Assembly: GCA_965208675.1 (NCBI GenBank)
Contig: OZ242351.1
Location: 2,304,001 to 2,368,000, forward strand
Source of the DNA: Candidatus Poribacteria bacterium
Lineage (GTDB): Bacteria; Poribacteria; WGA-4E; PCPOR2b
DNA length: 64,000 bases
Direction: 5' to 3'
Under the pieces are notes generated by a model. The model was not told the DNA's origin and searched no databases. It saw only the letters and a program-made list of their open reading frames with translations. Within the stretch, counting starts at the first letter, position 1; each line of letters starts with the position of its first letter. Both the position numbers and the translations under genes were made by a program. Below are positions 1 to 10,509 of the stretch, one piece after another.

Positions 1-3000
1 CCCAACACAGTCGATTTTATCGCGCAGGAACATCAAGTGCTTGATTTCTGGCGCGGCAGCGACGCGTTTAATAAGCTCAAAGCGTTAAGACAAGACGGAC
101 CGCGCTGGAGTTTCATAGATGGTCCGATTACAGCAAACAATCCGATGGGGGTTCACCACGCTTGGGGACGCACTTACAAGGATCTCTACCACCGTTTCAA
201 GGCGATGCAAGGTTACCAAACGCGCTATCAAAACGGGTTTGATTGCCAAGGGCTTTGGGTTGAGGTCAATGTCGAGCGTGAAATTGGATTTAAGAGTAAA
301 AAGGATATTGAATCCTACGGGCTGGCGGAGTTTGTCAACGCTTGCAAGCAGACGGTGCTTCGATACGCCGCAACGCAGACTGAACAGTCGATTCGGTTGG
401 GTTACTGGATGGAGTGGGATGACCCGCAGCAGTTACGGTATCTGGAAGCGAAGATGGCTGAAGACCCATCGGCAATAGTCACCGTAGAAGCACCGAATGG
501 CTCCGTCACCGACACAGCGGAACAGCTCGTCGGACGGCTGGGCTTGCCGCAGTTGGGCGGATCTTATTTCACTTTCTCAGACGAAAACAACTACACGATT
601 TGGTCGATGCTCAAGAGTTGTTTCGATCGCGGTTGGATTTACAAGGGTACAGATGTCATGCCTTGGTGCACGCGATGTGATACGGGCATAAGCCAACACG
701 AGATTGTAACCGACGGATACCGGGAGTTGAGCCATAAAAGCATTTTCCTGCGCTTTCCGCTGCGCAACCGCCCCGATGAAAGCCTGTTAGTTTGGACGAC
801 GACGCCGTGGACACTGACTAGCAATGTAGCGGCAGCCGTACATCCCGATCTCAGCTACGTCCTCGTTGAACAAAATGGACAACGCATGTGGCTGGGCAAA
901 GGGGCATTGGAGAACGCCATTCGAGGTTCTTTTCAGGTACTTGAAGAAAAATTGGGTTCTGCGTTAGAGGGTTGGACCTATGACGGCCCGTTTGATGAAT
1001 TGCCCGCCCAACAAACCGCCGGAGCAGCCGCCCAACACCGCATCGTGCTGTGGGACGAGGTGGGAAAAGCCGAGGGAACGGGAATTGTTCATGTAGCGCC
1101 GGGGTGCGGAGCAGAGGACTTTGAGCTGAGCAAAGCCCAGAATCTGGCAGTCATTGCACCGTTGGAGGCGGGTGGAATCTATGGAGAAGGGTTCGATTGG
1201 TTGACGGGCAGGTATGTACATACCGTCACCGAAGAAATTTTCGAAAATCTGAATCAGAAGGGTATTGTGTATCGCCTGGAGGACTATACGCACCGTTATC
1301 CGGTGTGTTGGCGATGCGAAGAGGAACTCGTTTTCCGCTTGGTAGACGAATGGTATATCTCAATGGGTGAACAATTTGACAAGCCCTATGAGGAGATTGA
1401 TGAAGCCGAAAAGCACCAAAATTTACGCTACCAGATGATGGACGTTGTCCTGAACCAAACCAACTGGTATCCCGCGTTTGGACGTGCACGCGAACTTGAT
1501 TGGCTGCGCAATATGCACGACTGGATGATTTCCAAGAAGCGCTACTGGGGTCTAGCGCTTCCAATCTACGAGTGCAGCGAATGCAGCCACTTCCATGTCA
1601 TCGGGAGCCGCGAGGAATTGAAGGAACGCGCCGTTGAGGGCTGGGAACTGTTTGAGGGGCATACGCCGCACCGCCCATGGATTGATGCCGTGAAAATCGC
1701 ATGCCCACAGTGCGGTGCGCCAGTTTCACGGATTCAAGATGTAGGCAACCCGTGGTTGGACGCGGGCATCGTCACCTTCAGCACGCTTCAGTACCGCACC
1801 GACAGAGACTACTGGAAAAAGTGGTTTCCCGCGGATTTAATCAGTGAAAGTTTTCCGGGCCAATTTCGCAACTGGTTTTACTCGTTAATAGCCATGAGCA
1901 CCGTCATGGCGAAAAACGCACCTTTCAGGCATATCTTCACTTACGCAACACTGTTTGGCGAAGATGGAAAACCGATGCACAAGTCCTCGCCAAATGTAAT
2001 CTGGTTCGATGAGGCGGCGGAGAAGATGGGAGTGGACGTGATGCGCTGGATGTATTGCGTCGCGAAACCGGAGCAAAACCTACTTTTTGGGTATAAACGA
2101 GCGGATGAGGTTCGGCGCCGGTGCCTGATTCCGTTGTGGAACTTGTATAGCTTCCTCGTCACTTATGCGAATCTTGACGGGTGGCAGCCGGACAGCAAGC
2201 TCTGGGCAGCGTATGCGGACAACCTGCACAGTAATACTTTGGATCGTTGGATTCTATCGCGGCTACAGGTAACGGTCCGCGAAGTAACCGACGGACTAGA
2301 GACATTCGAGCCGGATAAAGCCTGCCGTGCGATTGAGCGTTTTCTTGACGATTTATCAAACTGGTATGTGCGGCGTAGCCGCCGCCGCTTCTGGAAATCG
2401 GAGGCGGATGCGGACAAACAGTCCGCTTACCGGACGCTCTACAGCGTCATGGTAACATTCACACATCTGCTAGCACCGTTCGTCCCTTTCGTGACGGAGT
2501 CAATCTATCAAAACTTGGTGCGCCGGGTTGACCCGACAGCGCCGGAATCGGTACACCACGTCAATTGGCCGCAACCACACGATGCGTTGCTGGATGAATC
2601 CCTCATTACGGCGATGGGAACAACCCGCACAGTAGTAACATTGGGACTTGCCGCCCGTGCCTCTGCGAACCTGAAGGTTCGGCAACCGCTGAGCCGCGCC
2701 TTAGTTTCCCTGCCCGACAGACAGAAGTTAGACGATGAGATGATTGTGTTGATTACGGACGAACTCAACGTGAAGTCCGTGGAGTTTGTGGACGATGCCA
2801 ATCAACTGCTACGATATCGTCTGCTGCCGGATAACCGCATACTGGGACCGCGGTTTGGGGCGCGCTTCCCGGCGGTGAGGCGAGCGTTGGATGAGTTAAG
2901 CGACCAAGACAAAACGGAAGCGGTACGGCAATTGGAAGGCGGCGGTGCGATTGCACTAGAATTAAATGACGGGATGGTAGCGCTCGCCGCGGACGAGGTC

Positions 3001-3357
3001 ATCATTCAGCACGAACAACCGGAGGGACTGGCGGTCACCACGGAACAGGGGGTGACGGTTGCCGTTGACACGCAACTTACTCCGGAACTAGTTTCGGAGG
3101 GATTGGCGCGCGAGGTTGTGCGGCACATTCAGAACTTGCGGAAAGCAGCCGATTTCAAGTTAGATGATCGAATTGTTACCACGTATCAGGCTGACGAAGA
3201 ACTCATGCAGGTGATTGCCGATTGGTCGGCGTACATTGCGAACGAAACGCTAAGCTTGGAACTGCGTCCAGGTGAACCAATGGCAGCGGCTGCGCAGGCC
3301 GAAGACACCGTGTCCGGATTTCAGTTGAAATTAGGGGTGAGCCGGGCAGTTGCGTAG
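1..3357 (+). CDS. ileS: Isoleucyl-tRNA synthetase, type 2 (5' end outside window)
   Basis: Frame open from base 1 (PNTVDFIAQEHQVLDFW). Motifs DGPITAN, GVHH (HIGH position), GFDCQGL, WTTTPWTL, GTGIVH, DWMISKKRYWG, PMHKS (KMSKS position), LSNWYVRRSRRRFW. Confidence 0.97.
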   Translation, partial: PNTVDFIAQEHQVLDFWRGSDAFNKLKALRQDGPRWSFIDGPITANNPMGVHHAWGRTYKDLYHRFKAMQGYQTRYQNGFDCQGLWVEVNVEREIGFKSKKDIESYGLAEFVNACKQTVLRYAATQTEQSIRLGYWMEWDDPQQLRYLEAKMAEDPSAIVTVEAPNGSVTDTAEQLVGRLGLPQLGGSYFTFSDENNYTIWSMLKSCFDRGWIYKGTDVMPWCTRCDTGISQHEIVTDGYRELSHKSIFLRFPLRNRPDESLLVWTTTPWTLTSNVAAAVHPDLSYVLVEQNGQRMWLGKGALENAIRGSFQVLEEKLGSALEGWTYDGPFDELPAQQTAGAAAQHRIVLWDEVGKAEGTGIVHVAPGCGAEDFELSKAQNLAVIAPLEAGGIYGEGFDWLTGRYVHTVTEEIFENLNQKGIVYRLEDYTHRYPVCWRCEEELVFRLVDEWYISMGEQFDKPYEEIDEAEKHQNLRYQMMDVVLNQTNWYPAFGRARELDWLRNMHDWMISKKRYWGLALPIYECSECSHFHVIGSREELKERAVEGWELFEGHTPHRPWIDAVKIACPQCGAPVSRIQDVGNPWLDAGIVTFSTLQYRTDRDYWKKWFPADLISESFPGQFRNWFYSLIAMSTVMAKNAPFRHIFTYATLFGEDGKPMHKSSPNVIWFDEAAEKMGVDVMRWMYCVAKPEQNLLFGYKRADEVRRRCLIPLWNLYSFLVTYANLDGWQPDSKLWAAYADNLHSNTLDRWILSRLQVTVREVTDGLETFEPDKACRAIERFLDDLSNWYVRRSRRRFWKSEADADKQSAYRTLYSVMVTFTHLLAPFVPFVTESIYQNLVRRVDPTAPESVHHVNWPQPHDALLDESLITAMGTTRTVVTLGLAARASANLKVRQPLSRALVSLPDRQKLDDEMIVLITDELNVKSVEFVDDANQLLRYRLLPDNRILGPRFGARFPAVRRALDELSDQDKTEAVRQLEGGGAIALELNDGMVALAADEVIIQHEQPEGLAVTTEQGVTVAVDTQLTPELVSEGLAREVVRHIQNLRKAADFKLDDRIVTTYQADEELMQVIADWSAYIANETLSLELRPGEPMAAAAQAEDTVSGFQLKLGVSRAVA

Positions 3358-3490
3358 CTTATGTACCGAGGCAGATTTTTGGGCGGAAGGGCAGCGCTTT
3401 CCCATCGGGCAAAACACATGCCGACGCTTCGGTGTCAAGCATGCGGCAATCTCGTCAAAACCGCGCACATTCCGAGTGTGAAGTATACCC

Positions 3491-5761
3491 TCAGCGATTC
3501 CAGAGATAAGACATTTTGATGACGAAAACCCGGTCGTCCAACTTCAACTCTTCTTCCTCGGATTGCCAATCTTCATTATACGCTACAAATAGATGGCTTT
3601 TCGGGCTGTATTCCCACCCGAACAGTACGCTGACCAGATAATTCTTCTCAGTGTGTATCTTGTCGTAAGAGGTATGTTCGCGCCCAGCTTGGGTAAATAC
3701 CCTCAGAAATGCATCCCGGGTAAACAGATAAGTGATGCGCAGCGAACTTACTAAAAACCGTCCGTCAACGATGGATTCTTGATCCAAGCTCTGGGCGTAA
3801 CTGCCCGTGAATACCGCGGTGAAATTACTCCGCGGCCGGACGGTGCTAAATAAAGAGAACTGACGCTTCTTCCCTGCGGATTGCCTCGCAAAATTGTAAA
3901 AATCGCCCACCTCGCCCTCTAAACCTACCGATGCGGGTCGAGCACTGTTGGTTTCAACAAAAATTCCGTATTCGTTTGCCGTGAATATGTCGGTTAGCTC
4001 GACCTCCTGTGCACGTCGATAATGCGCACCGAAGACATCCAAAATCGACTCGGTAAAATTCATACCCGCAGAAAAGTCTCCCTCCCAAGCGATTAAATCC
4101 TCTTCAAACTCCGGAGAAAGCGTGCTGTTTGGAATGGTCGCCTTCCAATCGTTAAAATACGTTTCGGTGTAAAGCCCACGATGTGCGCCGCCGTGTCCCT
4201 CCAAAAATAAGCGATGCGAACGCAACTGGGGAGTATAAGCCGCTTCGAAACTAACACCCTGTTCCCCTCGATACATCTCCTTTTGTAAGAAACCTGTCTG
4301 ATTGGTTTCAAATAGAGGGGCTATCCTTTCCAATCCGACTGCGGCGTTCCAGAGATGATTTCGCTGCCCAATCTCGATGAGATAGGCGCTGTTATTCGTG
4401 TCATCCCCCGGGTGAAAACTCTCACTGAATTGTGCCGACAATCGATACGTTTTGTGAAAGAGCAAATTCGCATCTACGCCTCCCACACGGCTATGCCCAC
4501 TCTGATTGTCATCAAGGTGTTCTTTGTTGGCGATGATAAACCCGATATTTGAACGCTTCAGGATATCCTTTTTAAGCCGCACCGCTGAATACAGTACCGA
4601 TTCATTGTATTCTGCCGGCCTTCCAAACCCGAACACATCGAAACTGCCAGTTTGGCTGGTCAGAAATCCGATTGAGTAATCGCCAACCTTGCCAGTCATC
4701 TTTGTACCCCAGAGAATATCCCCGCGGCTGCCGATCCGGCGGCTGAAAAAGAGATCCAACGGGGTTTCAAAGAAGCTGTTGCCTTCAATGAAGAAAGGCC
4801 GCTTCTCCGGAAAGCGCGTCGGATAGCGGGTCAGGTTAATTTCCAACTGGTCGGCTTCCACTTGGGCAAAATCGGGGTTAACGGTAAGGTTAGTCTTCAG
4901 TGACTCTGTCAAGTTAAATTGAATATCTAAACCGGTACCCAGCTCATGGTCTACCCCTGCCTCCCCTTCAGAGATAGATTCTGTGCCGTTACCCTTAAAC
5001 ATGCCTCCTAAAAAGTAGGGAGAAATCTCTAGCTGTTTACCGGATTTGATATCTTGCACTCCCGTCAAGTGGCCCAGGTCGGCCATCCGCGTTACCGCAC
5101 CGGACTGGGTCATCTGCTTCCAGACGGTGACCTCATTCTTCCTCCGATTCACACGCTCAACGTCAAATCCCCATACTGGTTCCCCCTTGGCTGCAAATCG
5201 GAAATTTGCGAACGGGATTTTAAACTCTGCAGTCCATCCAAGGTCATCCCGTTGCGTTTCAACCCACCAGATTCCCTTCCAGCTAGAATCCGACCGGGAA
5301 TCATTATAACGATAGGCATCGCTTTGTACACCGCCGGGCGTGGTTGCAAACTTGTAACCGGTGCGGTGGTCATGATGAGGATCAAAGAAAAAGGAAATTA
5401 CATCCGACTCATACACATTTCCCCGCCGCGTGATGCGATTGATAATTTTATCGGGATCGGCATCGAAACAGCGGAATCCGACGTAGATATGATTATCGTC
5501 ATAGGCGATAGCAAACGCCGTATCATCTGTCGCAGGCTGGCCGCGATTCGGAGTGAGTTGAATGAATTTGCTTACGAACCTTGTGATTTGCCACGCGGGA
5601 TCATCCAATCGTCCATCAATTTTGGGCGGTGGAGTGTTTTCAATTCGGTGAGCTTCTATAATGTGTTTTCCTAATCCATCTTCATGGGCTTGTAACAGAA
5701 TCGGGATTAGGAACAACAACGGTAGGACGAGGGCGGATAATTGACACCGACCTTTTTTCAC
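3491..5761 (-). CDS. Secreted protein, CBM9-like sugar-binding domain plus DUF5916 beta-barrel-like region
   Basis: Signal peptide; PPKIDGRLDDPAW, WTAEFKIPF, TVNPDFAQVEAD and PEKRPFFIEG motifs typical of the family. Confidence 0.75.
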   Translation of the reverse strand: MKKGRCQLSALVLPLLFLIPILLQAHEDGLGKHIIEAHRIENTPPPKIDGRLDDPAWQITRFVSKFIQLTPNRGQPATDDTAFAIAYDDNHIYVGFRCFDADPDKIINRITRRGNVYESDVISFFFDPHHDHRTGYKFATTPGGVQSDAYRYNDSRSDSSWKGIWWVETQRDDLGWTAEFKIPFANFRFAAKGEPVWGFDVERVNRRKNEVTVWKQMTQSGAVTRMADLGHLTGVQDIKSGKQLEISPYFLGGMFKGNGTESISEGEAGVDHELGTGLDIQFNLTESLKTNLTVNPDFAQVEADQLEINLTRYPTRFPEKRPFFIEGNSFFETPLDLFFSRRIGSRGDILWGTKMTGKVGDYSIGFLTSQTGSFDVFGFGRPAEYNESVLYSAVRLKKDILKRSNIGFIIANKEHLDDNQSGHSRVGGVDANLLFHKTYRLSAQFSESFHPGDDTNNSAYLIEIGQRNHLWNAAVGLERIAPLFETNQTGFLQKEMYRGEQGVSFEAAYTPQLRSHRLFLEGHGGAHRGLYTETYFNDWKATIPNSTLSPEFEEDLIAWEGDFSAGMNFTESILDVFGAHYRRAQEVELTDIFTANEYGIFVETNSARPASVGLEGEVGDFYNFARQSAGKKRQFSLFSTVRPRSNFTAVFTGSYAQSLDQESIVDGRFLVSSLRITYLFTRDAFLRVFTQAGREHTSYDKIHTEKNYLVSVLFGWEYSPKSHLFVAYNEDWQSEEEELKLDDRVFVIKMSYLWNR

Positions 5762-5815
5762 TGCGCAACCTCATCGTGATACAAGATCAGTGCAAAAGCA
5801 TCTGAGAGAGGTGAG

Positions 5816-7039
5816 TTAATCATCCAGTGGATTAAGACCTGATTTTGAATACTGCGCCAGCTGCTCTGAACCTATAATCTTGAATTTGCCGTTGTTCTGA
5901 TCTGTCAATGAGACCAACAGTTGAGCTCCCATCGAACGCTGCAAATTTATTTCTAGCCCGACGACATAAATGCTCGCGTCGTTCACATTTTTCGCTCTGA
6001 CGGTCTCAAGGATTTTCCTAGAATCTGTTTCAATATGGCCTTGCTTACCGCGGCCCGCTGTTGGAAGCCCGTCTGTGACCAATACGATGATTGATGTGTC
6101 GATTTCAAGGGCTTTTTCAACGGCTGCGAGGAGATTTGTCCCTTGGTAATTCACGATGCGTTCAGGAGTAAATCGATTGAGGTATTTTGACGCTTTTTCA
6201 ATGTTCTCATTCGTCGCGGGCAGCAGCGATTTGCTCATCAGCGTCGCATTCGCCGAAAACGTAACAATGTTGAAATAGTCGTTGCTGCCAAGCGAAAACA
6301 TCGATTCTTTAATCGATTCGAGTGCGAGCTCAAGCTTCTTCAATCCTGCCGCTTGCATGCTTGCAGAGACATCAAGGCAATAGACGATGTTTTGCGGGCC
6401 TTCAAACTCGTCAAGAAAGTCAATGATTCCCAATTTATCGCCGATTCCCGAATTCCCACCCCCGCCAAGCAGTCCATCTTCCGAGTCACCGTAGGAATCA
6501 ACACCGAACATCCCGTTGCGCTGCCCGGGTACGCGCACACGTCCCGTGACCTTCCCCTGACCGTCCACCGGTCCACGGTGGGAAACCAGCCGTTCAAGAT
6601 TTGATGCTTCAGCGTCACGGAGTTGGGCATCCGTCATCAATTCAGGAATCTTCTCACTTGGCGCTGCCGTGTTGACTTCGATATTTTTGTATACAATCCG
6701 TTCACTGAGACGCATGACTTCTCGAATCTTGTTGGGTGAGGATTCGGCGAGTTTGTTTTTTGCCTCGCGTGCAAGCAGTTCATCGGGTCTGCGGACTGTC
6801 TTTTTTAACGGCGGTTTGGTCTTAGGCTGCCGCAGTTTCGGCTTAGGTAAGTCCTTGACCCATTCAACGGCTATGCTATCTTCGTCTTTGGCAGGTTTCT
6901 GCTGAAGGACAAAAAGATAGATGATTACAGCGACCAGGTGGAAGATTAAAGACAGGAGCAGCGCTGAACGCCTCCGAGTTTTACTGCGCTCAATCTGTTC
7001 CTGTCTTGCAGCCAAGGTTGTCAATTGTAACGTTGTCAT
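5816..7039 (-). CDS. Membrane-anchored VWA-domain protein
   Basis: N-terminal TM (LLLSLIFHLVAVII), Pro/Lys-rich linker, MIDAS motif LDVSASM ... GTN ... LVTDG. Confidence 0.85.
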   Translation of the reverse strand: MTTLQLTTLAARQEQIERSKTRRRSALLLSLIFHLVAVIIYLFVLQQKPAKDEDSIAVEWVKDLPKPKLRQPKTKPPLKKTVRRPDELLAREAKNKLAESSPNKIREVMRLSERIVYKNIEVNTAAPSEKIPELMTDAQLRDAEASNLERLVSHRGPVDGQGKVTGRVRVPGQRNGMFGVDSYGDSEDGLLGGGGNSGIGDKLGIIDFLDEFEGPQNIVYCLDVSASMQAAGLKKLELALESIKESMFSLGSNDYFNIVTFSANATLMSKSLLPATNENIEKASKYLNRFTPERIVNYQGTNLLAAVEKALEIDTSIIVLVTDGLPTAGRGKQGHIETDSRKILETVRAKNVNDASIYVVGLEINLQRSMGAQLLVSLTDQNNGKFKIIGSEQLAQYSKSGLNPLDD

Positions 7040-7167
7040 GGTAGCCTCCTGAATTCATCGGGCAAACCGTTAAAACTAGTCATCAATAATTGAATGTTGT
7101 GGGTTGGTGAAGAATTTACATAACGGTAAACGGATCATCCATGCGGCACTTAGTTCACCGCATAAAC

Positions 7168-8538
7168 TCAAATCCGCATCCGCTCCCATCGGTTGCCGCG
7201 GAAGCGCAAAAAGTAAGTTAATCCAAGGATAATAATATAAACCGTGGCTCCTCCCCATGCGCCCACAACGCCGTAACCTAATACTACGCCAATCCCATAA
7301 GCGAGCGGAAGGAATAATAACCATGCGTAACCGATGCCGACCCACATTGTGAAAAGCGTATCTCCCGCGCCTTCGAGCGCGCCTACCGAACAGATGCCGA
7401 ATGCATCTGCGATTTGGAAAATTGCGGCAAAATATAGAATGAACTTGCCAATCCGCACAACCTCCGCGTCTAATGTAACCAACGAGAACAGCCATTCCGG
7501 CACTGCAAAGAACACAATCGCCGCCACTAGGGTGTAAGCAACTCCCAGTTTAATTGTCGTGTTGCCGCTTTTACGGGCGTAATGCAGTTGATTCGATCCG
7601 ATATATTGTCCAACTAATGTTGCCGCGGCTCGAGAGATTCCGTGGAGCGGCATAAACACTGTGGAAATCAAAGTGATTACCGCGGTATTCGCCGCAAGTG
7701 CAACATCGCTCATCTGCCCGATAAAAGCGGTGAATACCGTAAAACTCAATAGGTCCAGGAAAGACTGAACCCCCATCGGTGCACCAATTCGGAGAATACG
7801 GCGCAATTCGCTGAAATTAATCTGAAAATTGGAGCGCGTTTTGAAGGCTTGGTCGGATTTCCGTGACAGGAAAACGGCGAGATAGCCAATTGCCGCCACG
7901 ACACCCGCAATTACCGTTGCAATGGCGGCACCCGCGACTTCTAGCCTAGGGAAACCGAAATGTCCAAATATGAGCACATAATCGAGGACGATGTTGATAA
8001 TATTCGCAACAAGCTCAATCCACATCGGGGTTTGCGTGTCGCCGATGCCGCGCAGAAAACCGCCCACCCCGAATGAAATGAATAGATTAATCCCACCGTA
8101 CAACCGAATTTGTGCGTAGATGCCCCCCAACCGTTGAACTTCGTCAGAAGGGTTCATGACTGCAAACAAAAATCCCGCGACTCGACTCAGCAGCAATACG
8201 ACAAGGTACGATCCAAGCGCCAAGTAAAGCCCCTGCCAAGTTGCAACCGCGACCCCGTGCCGATCTTCGGAACCGTAACGTTGTGCGACGAAGGTATTGA
8301 TGCTGAAGAGCAAACCGTTAAAGAAAGAAAACAGCGTCCACGTCAATAATCCGGCAAACCCGACAGCCGCTAGTTCTACAGCGCCGAGCCGTCCCACCAT
8401 TGCCGTGTCAACAAACATCATCACGGTACGCGACATCATCGTGATAACAACGGGATACCCCAACATCCAGACTTCACGATAGCCGCCGGGAGCGATTGCA
8501 CGCTTTTTGCTTTTCAGTTGGTCTTCGTTTTGGTGCAC
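7168..8538 (-). CDS. MATE family efflux transporter
   Basis: DTAMVGRLG, LRGIGDTQTPM, NIVLDYVLIFG, GAAIAT, GAGDT; about 12 hydrophobic segments. Confidence 0.92.
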   Translation of the reverse strand: MHQNEDQLKSKKRAIAPGGYREVWMLGYPVVITMMSRTVMMFVDTAMVGRLGAVELAAVGFAGLLTWTLFSFFNGLLFSINTFVAQRYGSEDRHGVAVATWQGLYLALGSYLVVLLLSRVAGFLFAVMNPSDEVQRLGGIYAQIRLYGGINLFISFGVGGFLRGIGDTQTPMWIELVANIINIVLDYVLIFGHFGFPRLEVAGAAIATVIAGVVAAIGYLAVFLSRKSDQAFKTRSNFQINFSELRRILRIGAPMGVQSFLDLLSFTVFTAFIGQMSDVALAANTAVITLISTVFMPLHGISRAAATLVGQYIGSNQLHYARKSGNTTIKLGVAYTLVAAIVFFAVPEWLFSLVTLDAEVVRIGKFILYFAAIFQIADAFGICSVGALEGAGDTLFTMWVGIGYAWLLFLPLAYGIGVVLGYGVVGAWGGATVYIIILGLTYFLRFRGNRWERMRI

Positions 8539-8556
8539 TCATTCCTTCCTATGCAA

Positions 8557-9123
8557 TCAGCCCCTATCGTACAAGTTTCGACGAAATACGCCGCTGTCTC
8601 GTTTACATGCATCGTCTGCCAACCCGTTTCTTTCAAACATCTCAATCCACTTTTCTCCTCTAGGAGTCAACTCATAATAGGTGTGATTCCGGTGCTTCAT
8701 CCATTTTCCTTTGACGATATTCTTGCGGTATTGAATAATTCGTTTTTCGACGCGTTTCAAACCGCCAATCGCCTTTAACTTCCGATGCTGTTTGTAAGTT
8801 TCTTCAAGTGCGATTCCGAGTGCTTCGGAGACAGCGATTGAGTAGTCAATCCCAAACTTTTGATGATGCTTGAGGATAAGGAAATCTATCTCATCTAGCG
8901 TGTTAAACGTCTCATCAGCTTCATCTTGTTCCAAAGTCGATGCTGCAGTCTGAATTTCCTGCCATGTCACAGTGAGGAGCCGTTCTTGCCGAAGGTGTTT
9001 TAACGATGTACAACCGGAACGGTGGACAGCGATGGCACCGCCTTCCTTGAAGTATCCGATAACGCGGCTTCCAACTTGCGGCGAGCAACACTTGGCGAGC
9101 GTGTAGGTAAGATCTTCAGTCAT
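8557..9123 (-). CDS. Fusion of RelA/SpoT-type Cys-Cys zinc-finger domain and DUF2250-like winged helix
   Basis: N-terminal LAKCCSP..GSRVIGY..GGAIAVHRSGC resembles the RelA/SpoT ZFD. C-terminal KHRNHTYYELTPRGE resembles DUF2250. Confidence 0.65.
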   Translation of the reverse strand: MTEDLTYTLAKCCSPQVGSRVIGYFKEGGAIAVHRSGCTSLKHLRQERLLTVTWQEIQTAASTLEQDEADETFNTLDEIDFLILKHHQKFGIDYSIAVSEALGIALEETYKQHRKLKAIGGLKRVEKRIIQYRKNIVKGKWMKHRNHTYYELTPRGEKWIEMFERNGLADDACKRDSGVFRRNLYDRG

Positions 9124-9159
9124 TCATTTTACCATTTTAGTCAGATATGCATTCACGTC

Positions 9160-10440
9160 TCACGAATCTCTGCCCAACACCCGATGTCCAATGTCCTTTC
9201 GAAAATGGGCGGCGTCAAAGTGGATTTCTGCGACTCCGCGATATGCGCGGCTGATTGCTTCTCGGACGTTGCTCGCCAGCGCCGTGACGCCTAACACTCG
9301 CCCGCCGTTGGTGACGATGCGTCCACTATCCGACTTTGTACCAGCGTGAAAGACGGTTACCCCTTCCAGTGAGTTTGCAGCGTCTAGTCCGGTGATTGCT
9401 TTACCACTCTCGTAAGCCTCTGGATAACCGCCGGATGCCATAACTACACTTACCGCCGCTCCGGGTTTCCATTCGACTGAAATCTCATCCAATCCTCCGT
9501 CCACGCACGCGGTAAGCAGCGGAACCAAATCGCTTTCCATTCTCGGCAGCAGCACCTGCGCTTCTGGATCGCCTAAACGACAGTTGAACTCCAATACTTT
9601 CACTTCCGCCCCGTCAATCATTAAGCCGACATACAACACACCTTTGAATGGACGCCCCCCATCACGCATCGCCTTGATAGTGGGATAAACAACCGCGTTC
9701 ATGACTTTCGTGTGTATTTCAGGGGTGATGGCAGGCGCCGGGGAGTAGGCGCCCATGCCGCCGGTATTCTTTCCTCGGTCTCCATCCAGCGCCGGCTTGT
9801 GATCTTGAGAGCTGACTAATGGGACGCAATGCACACCGTCGGTCAACACAGTAAAGGAAGCCTCCTCGCCAACCAGCAACTCTTCGATGACGACCTTATT
9901 CCCCGCGCTGCCGAACGCACGATTGACCATAATCTGCTCAACTGCACTGATGGCTTCATCCTGCGTTTGACCGCTAATGGCGCCCTTGCCTGCGGCGAGG
10001 CCATCCGCCTTGACAAAGACCGGTGTGTTTAACCCTTTGAGATATGCAATCGCCGCGTCCGGACTGTCGAATGTGCGGTGTGCCGCCGTCGGGATGTTGT
10101 TGTCAATCATTAACTGCTTGGCAAAGTCTTTGCTGGCTTCAAGGATTGCCGCTTTCCGATTGGGTCCGAACGCTCGAAGTCCGCGTTCAAAAAAGACATC
10201 GACTAAACCTTTCGCCAGCGGCAACTCGGGCCCCACAATAGTCAGATCAATCTTTTCCGTTTCGGCGAAGTCCGCGAGTTCAGTGAAGTTGTTTTCCAAG
10301 CGAATCGACCGGCAGTCGGCGATTTGCGCGATGCCGGGGTTTCCGGGCACGCAATATACCCTTTCAACAACCGCGCTCTGCGCAATCTTCCATGCGATGA
10401 CGTGCTCTCTTCCGCCGCTGCCAATAACCAATACTCTCAT
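9160..10440 (-). CDS. purD: Phosphoribosylamine--glycine ligase
   Basis: GSGGREH, LEASKDFAK, KADGLAAGKG, NTGGMGAYSP, EFNCRLGDPE, TNGGRVL. Confidence 0.98.
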   Translation of the reverse strand: MRVLVIGSGGREHVIAWKIAQSAVVERVYCVPGNPGIAQIADCRSIRLENNFTELADFAETEKIDLTIVGPELPLAKGLVDVFFERGLRAFGPNRKAAILEASKDFAKQLMIDNNIPTAAHRTFDSPDAAIAYLKGLNTPVFVKADGLAAGKGAISGQTQDEAISAVEQIMVNRAFGSAGNKVVIEELLVGEEASFTVLTDGVHCVPLVSSQDHKPALDGDRGKNTGGMGAYSPAPAITPEIHTKVMNAVVYPTIKAMRDGGRPFKGVLYVGLMIDGAEVKVLEFNCRLGDPEAQVLLPRMESDLVPLLTACVDGGLDEISVEWKPGAAVSVVMASGGYPEAYESGKAITGLDAANSLEGVTVFHAGTKSDSGRIVTNGGRVLGVTALASNVREAISRAYRGVAEIHFDAAHFRKDIGHRVLGRDS

Positions 10441-10509
10441 TGCTCACCTTCAAATTTTCTCAGGTTCTTTTCCTCACGCCAATAAACGCCAAATTTTCAA
10501 AGTTGTCGG

